A DNA stretch of 64,000 nt from Pyrinomonadaceae bacterium (lineage in GTDB: Bacteria > Acidobacteriota > Blastocatellia > Pyrinomonadales > Pyrinomonadaceae): assembly GCA_035276685.1 (NCBI GenBank), contig DATELK010000065.1, positions 10,387-74,386 of the forward strand. Direction: 5' to 3'. Positions 62,799 through 64,000 of the stretch are shown here, in pieces; position 1 is the stretch's first letter; every line of letters starts with the position of its first letter. Below the pieces are notes generated by a model that saw only the letters and a program-made list of their open reading frames with translations, was not told the origin of the DNA and made no database searches. The position numbers were made by a program, and so were the translations under genes.

Positions 62799-64000
62799 AT
62801 GATGGCTGAACCTGTTCTACGCGATACAAGATATCTTGAGACTTACGGCTGTTACCCGCGCCGCGCCGTCGTAGAGCTTGAAGCAAGCGAAAAACTGGAC
62901 GCGAAGCTCACACGGTTTAAGCTCCTGCGCTTGGTCTTCTCTGAAGAGGAATCAAAGCAGACCTTTCTTGAAGAGCCGGAGGGGCAGACGTGGAGCATCT
63001 CTTTCAAAGAGCCTACGCTTCTGGAATTCTCCTTCGAGCTTAACCCCGGCTACTATCTTCTTTTCGCTTCCGGCGAGCGCGGGCGTTTCGCGCTGCCGAT
63101 TGTCGTTGATGATAGAGAGAGGCCGGCAAGTGTTGCCGTCATCAGGCCCACCTTTACGCAGTGGAGTTATCACGCAGAGGGCTTCTATCATAATGATTAC
63201 CGCTCGCAGGCAGACCGCGTGCTGATGTCCGTAGGCTACAGGGGAGGCCGCGCGGGCCGACTCATGGAAGGCGCGATGCGAAAGACTGCGCGCACTCTTA
63301 AGCTTCCGAAAGTCAATTTTCCTTACACGCCGTTCCCGGCAAATGCTTCCATTAATCTGAATGGTTTCTATCGTCGCAATAATCGCTGGGACAGGCTGAT
63401 GTGGGATGAAACCTACGGTAGGCTCGAAGGGCTCTGGGTTGACGAGGTGATTTCAGGCATGCCCGTCTTCGCGCTCTTAGAGAAGAACGCCGTGCCCTAT
63501 CACGTTTACACGGACGTTGACTTGCATAACCGCGACCCAAGGCTTGAGCGCTACCGCGTGCTCATATTTTCCGGGCAGGAGGGAATCACCAGAGACTATT
63601 ACACGATGCTTGAGAGCCTTCAGGCACGGGGCGAGACATCTTTTCTGCTCTGGGGCGTGCAGGCGTTCGGCTACAGGCAGCTTGATTATGACGCGCGTAG
63701 CGGAGAGCTGAGCTACGTGGCGACGCGCGGGCAGAGAGGCATGTGGGGCGATGCTTTGACAGAGCGCCAGCCCGATTGGGCGGACGAGAGCCGTCTCTTC
63801 GGCTTCCACTTTCCGGAGCCGCAGTCGGCCACGTGGCGATACGACAAGCCTTATTCCCGCATAGTCGTTCACGACCGGGAGCACGCGATTGTAAGCGCAA
63901 GCAATCATTCAGAGACTTATCACTTCGAGGTGCGCGACCGGCAGGGCGAGACGCATACGGGCCTCACGTGGGCAGGCGGCGAGGTGCAGGAGCGCGTTGA
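62799..64000 (+). CDS. Hypothetical protein (partial; runs off the right window edge)
   Basis: Absent from the ORF track because it has no stop. Hand translation from ATG 62799 is open for 400 codons: MMAEPVLRDTRYLETYGCYP...YRVLIFSGQEGITRDYYTMLESLQARGETSFLLWG.... The composition looks protein-like, unlike the Arg-rich alternative frames. It has a faint resemblance to the DMFase-large-subunit/GATase1-like Y..L.FSG..E motif. Confidence 0.6.
   Translation, partial: MMAEPVLRDTRYLETYGCYPRRAVVELEASEKLDAKLTRFKLLRLVFSEEESKQTFLEEPEGQTWSISFKEPTLLEFSFELNPGYYLLFASGERGRFALPIVVDDRERPASVAVIRPTFTQWSYHAEGFYHNDYRSQADRVLMSVGYRGGRAGRLMEGAMRKTARTLKLPKVNFPYTPFPANASINLNGFYRRNNRWDRLMWDETYGRLEGLWVDEVISGMPVFALLEKNAVPYHVYTDVDLHNRDPRLERYRVLIFSGQEGITRDYYTMLESLQARGETSFLLWGVQAFGYRQLDYDARSGELSYVATRGQRGMWGDALTERQPDWADESRLFGFHFPEPQSATWRYDKPYSRIVVHDREHAIVSASNHSETYHFEVRDRQGETHTGLTWAGGEVQERV

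Overview
This is a GC-rich bacterial chromosomal segment. It is almost entirely one very large surface-polysaccharide (O-antigen/EPS-type) biosynthesis region. All calls come from reading motifs in the ORF track and the DNA; no database search was possible.

Layout, left to right:
- Two tandem GT2 paralogues. The first (1..717) runs off the window edge and is missing from the ORF track.
- A 2648-aa secreted multi-lectin/propeller protein (1697..9643).
- A roughly 46.7-kb minus-strand block (10053..56708) holding Wzm/Wzt ABC export, about 12 glycosyltransferases (GT2, GT4, GT-C), two O-antigen-ligase/Wzy-like proteins, a WecA-like initiating transferase, four SAM methyltransferases, two AsnB-type amidotransferases and several nucleotide-sugar modules (GalE, UXS, an RmlA-like enzyme plus cupin, and a tightly coupled CDP-glucose -> 3-C-methyl-6-deoxyhexose module).
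- A divergent plus-strand operon (57420 to the window end) with an NDP-hexose 4,6-dehydratase, a nucleotidyltransferase, a DegT aminotransferase, a radical-SAM (SPASM/twitch-like) enzyme, a methyltransferase and an unknown gene that runs off the right edge.

Most notable observations:
1. The UDP-glucuronate decarboxylase gene carries an in-frame 332-aa intein with a LAGLIDADG homing endonuclease. It sits immediately before the catalytic YxxxK motif.
2. An NRPS-like A-T-TE protein, an acyl-CoA ligase and a hotdog thioesterase lie inside the glycan locus, next to a sigma-like protein and a soluble ZAS-type anti-sigma protein.
3. Three non-coding repeat systems are present. One is a 4-copy family of ~85-bp hairpins built from CAGGAT motifs; it delimits gene modules and donates stop codons. 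The second is a 92-bp palindromic element present twice that exactly brackets the minus-strand block. The third is 13 phased 21-bp direct repeats in the divergent promoter region.
4. The giant gene contains a near-identical ~460-bp intragenic duplication.

No rRNA, tRNA, CRISPR array, transposase or phage gene was recognised.
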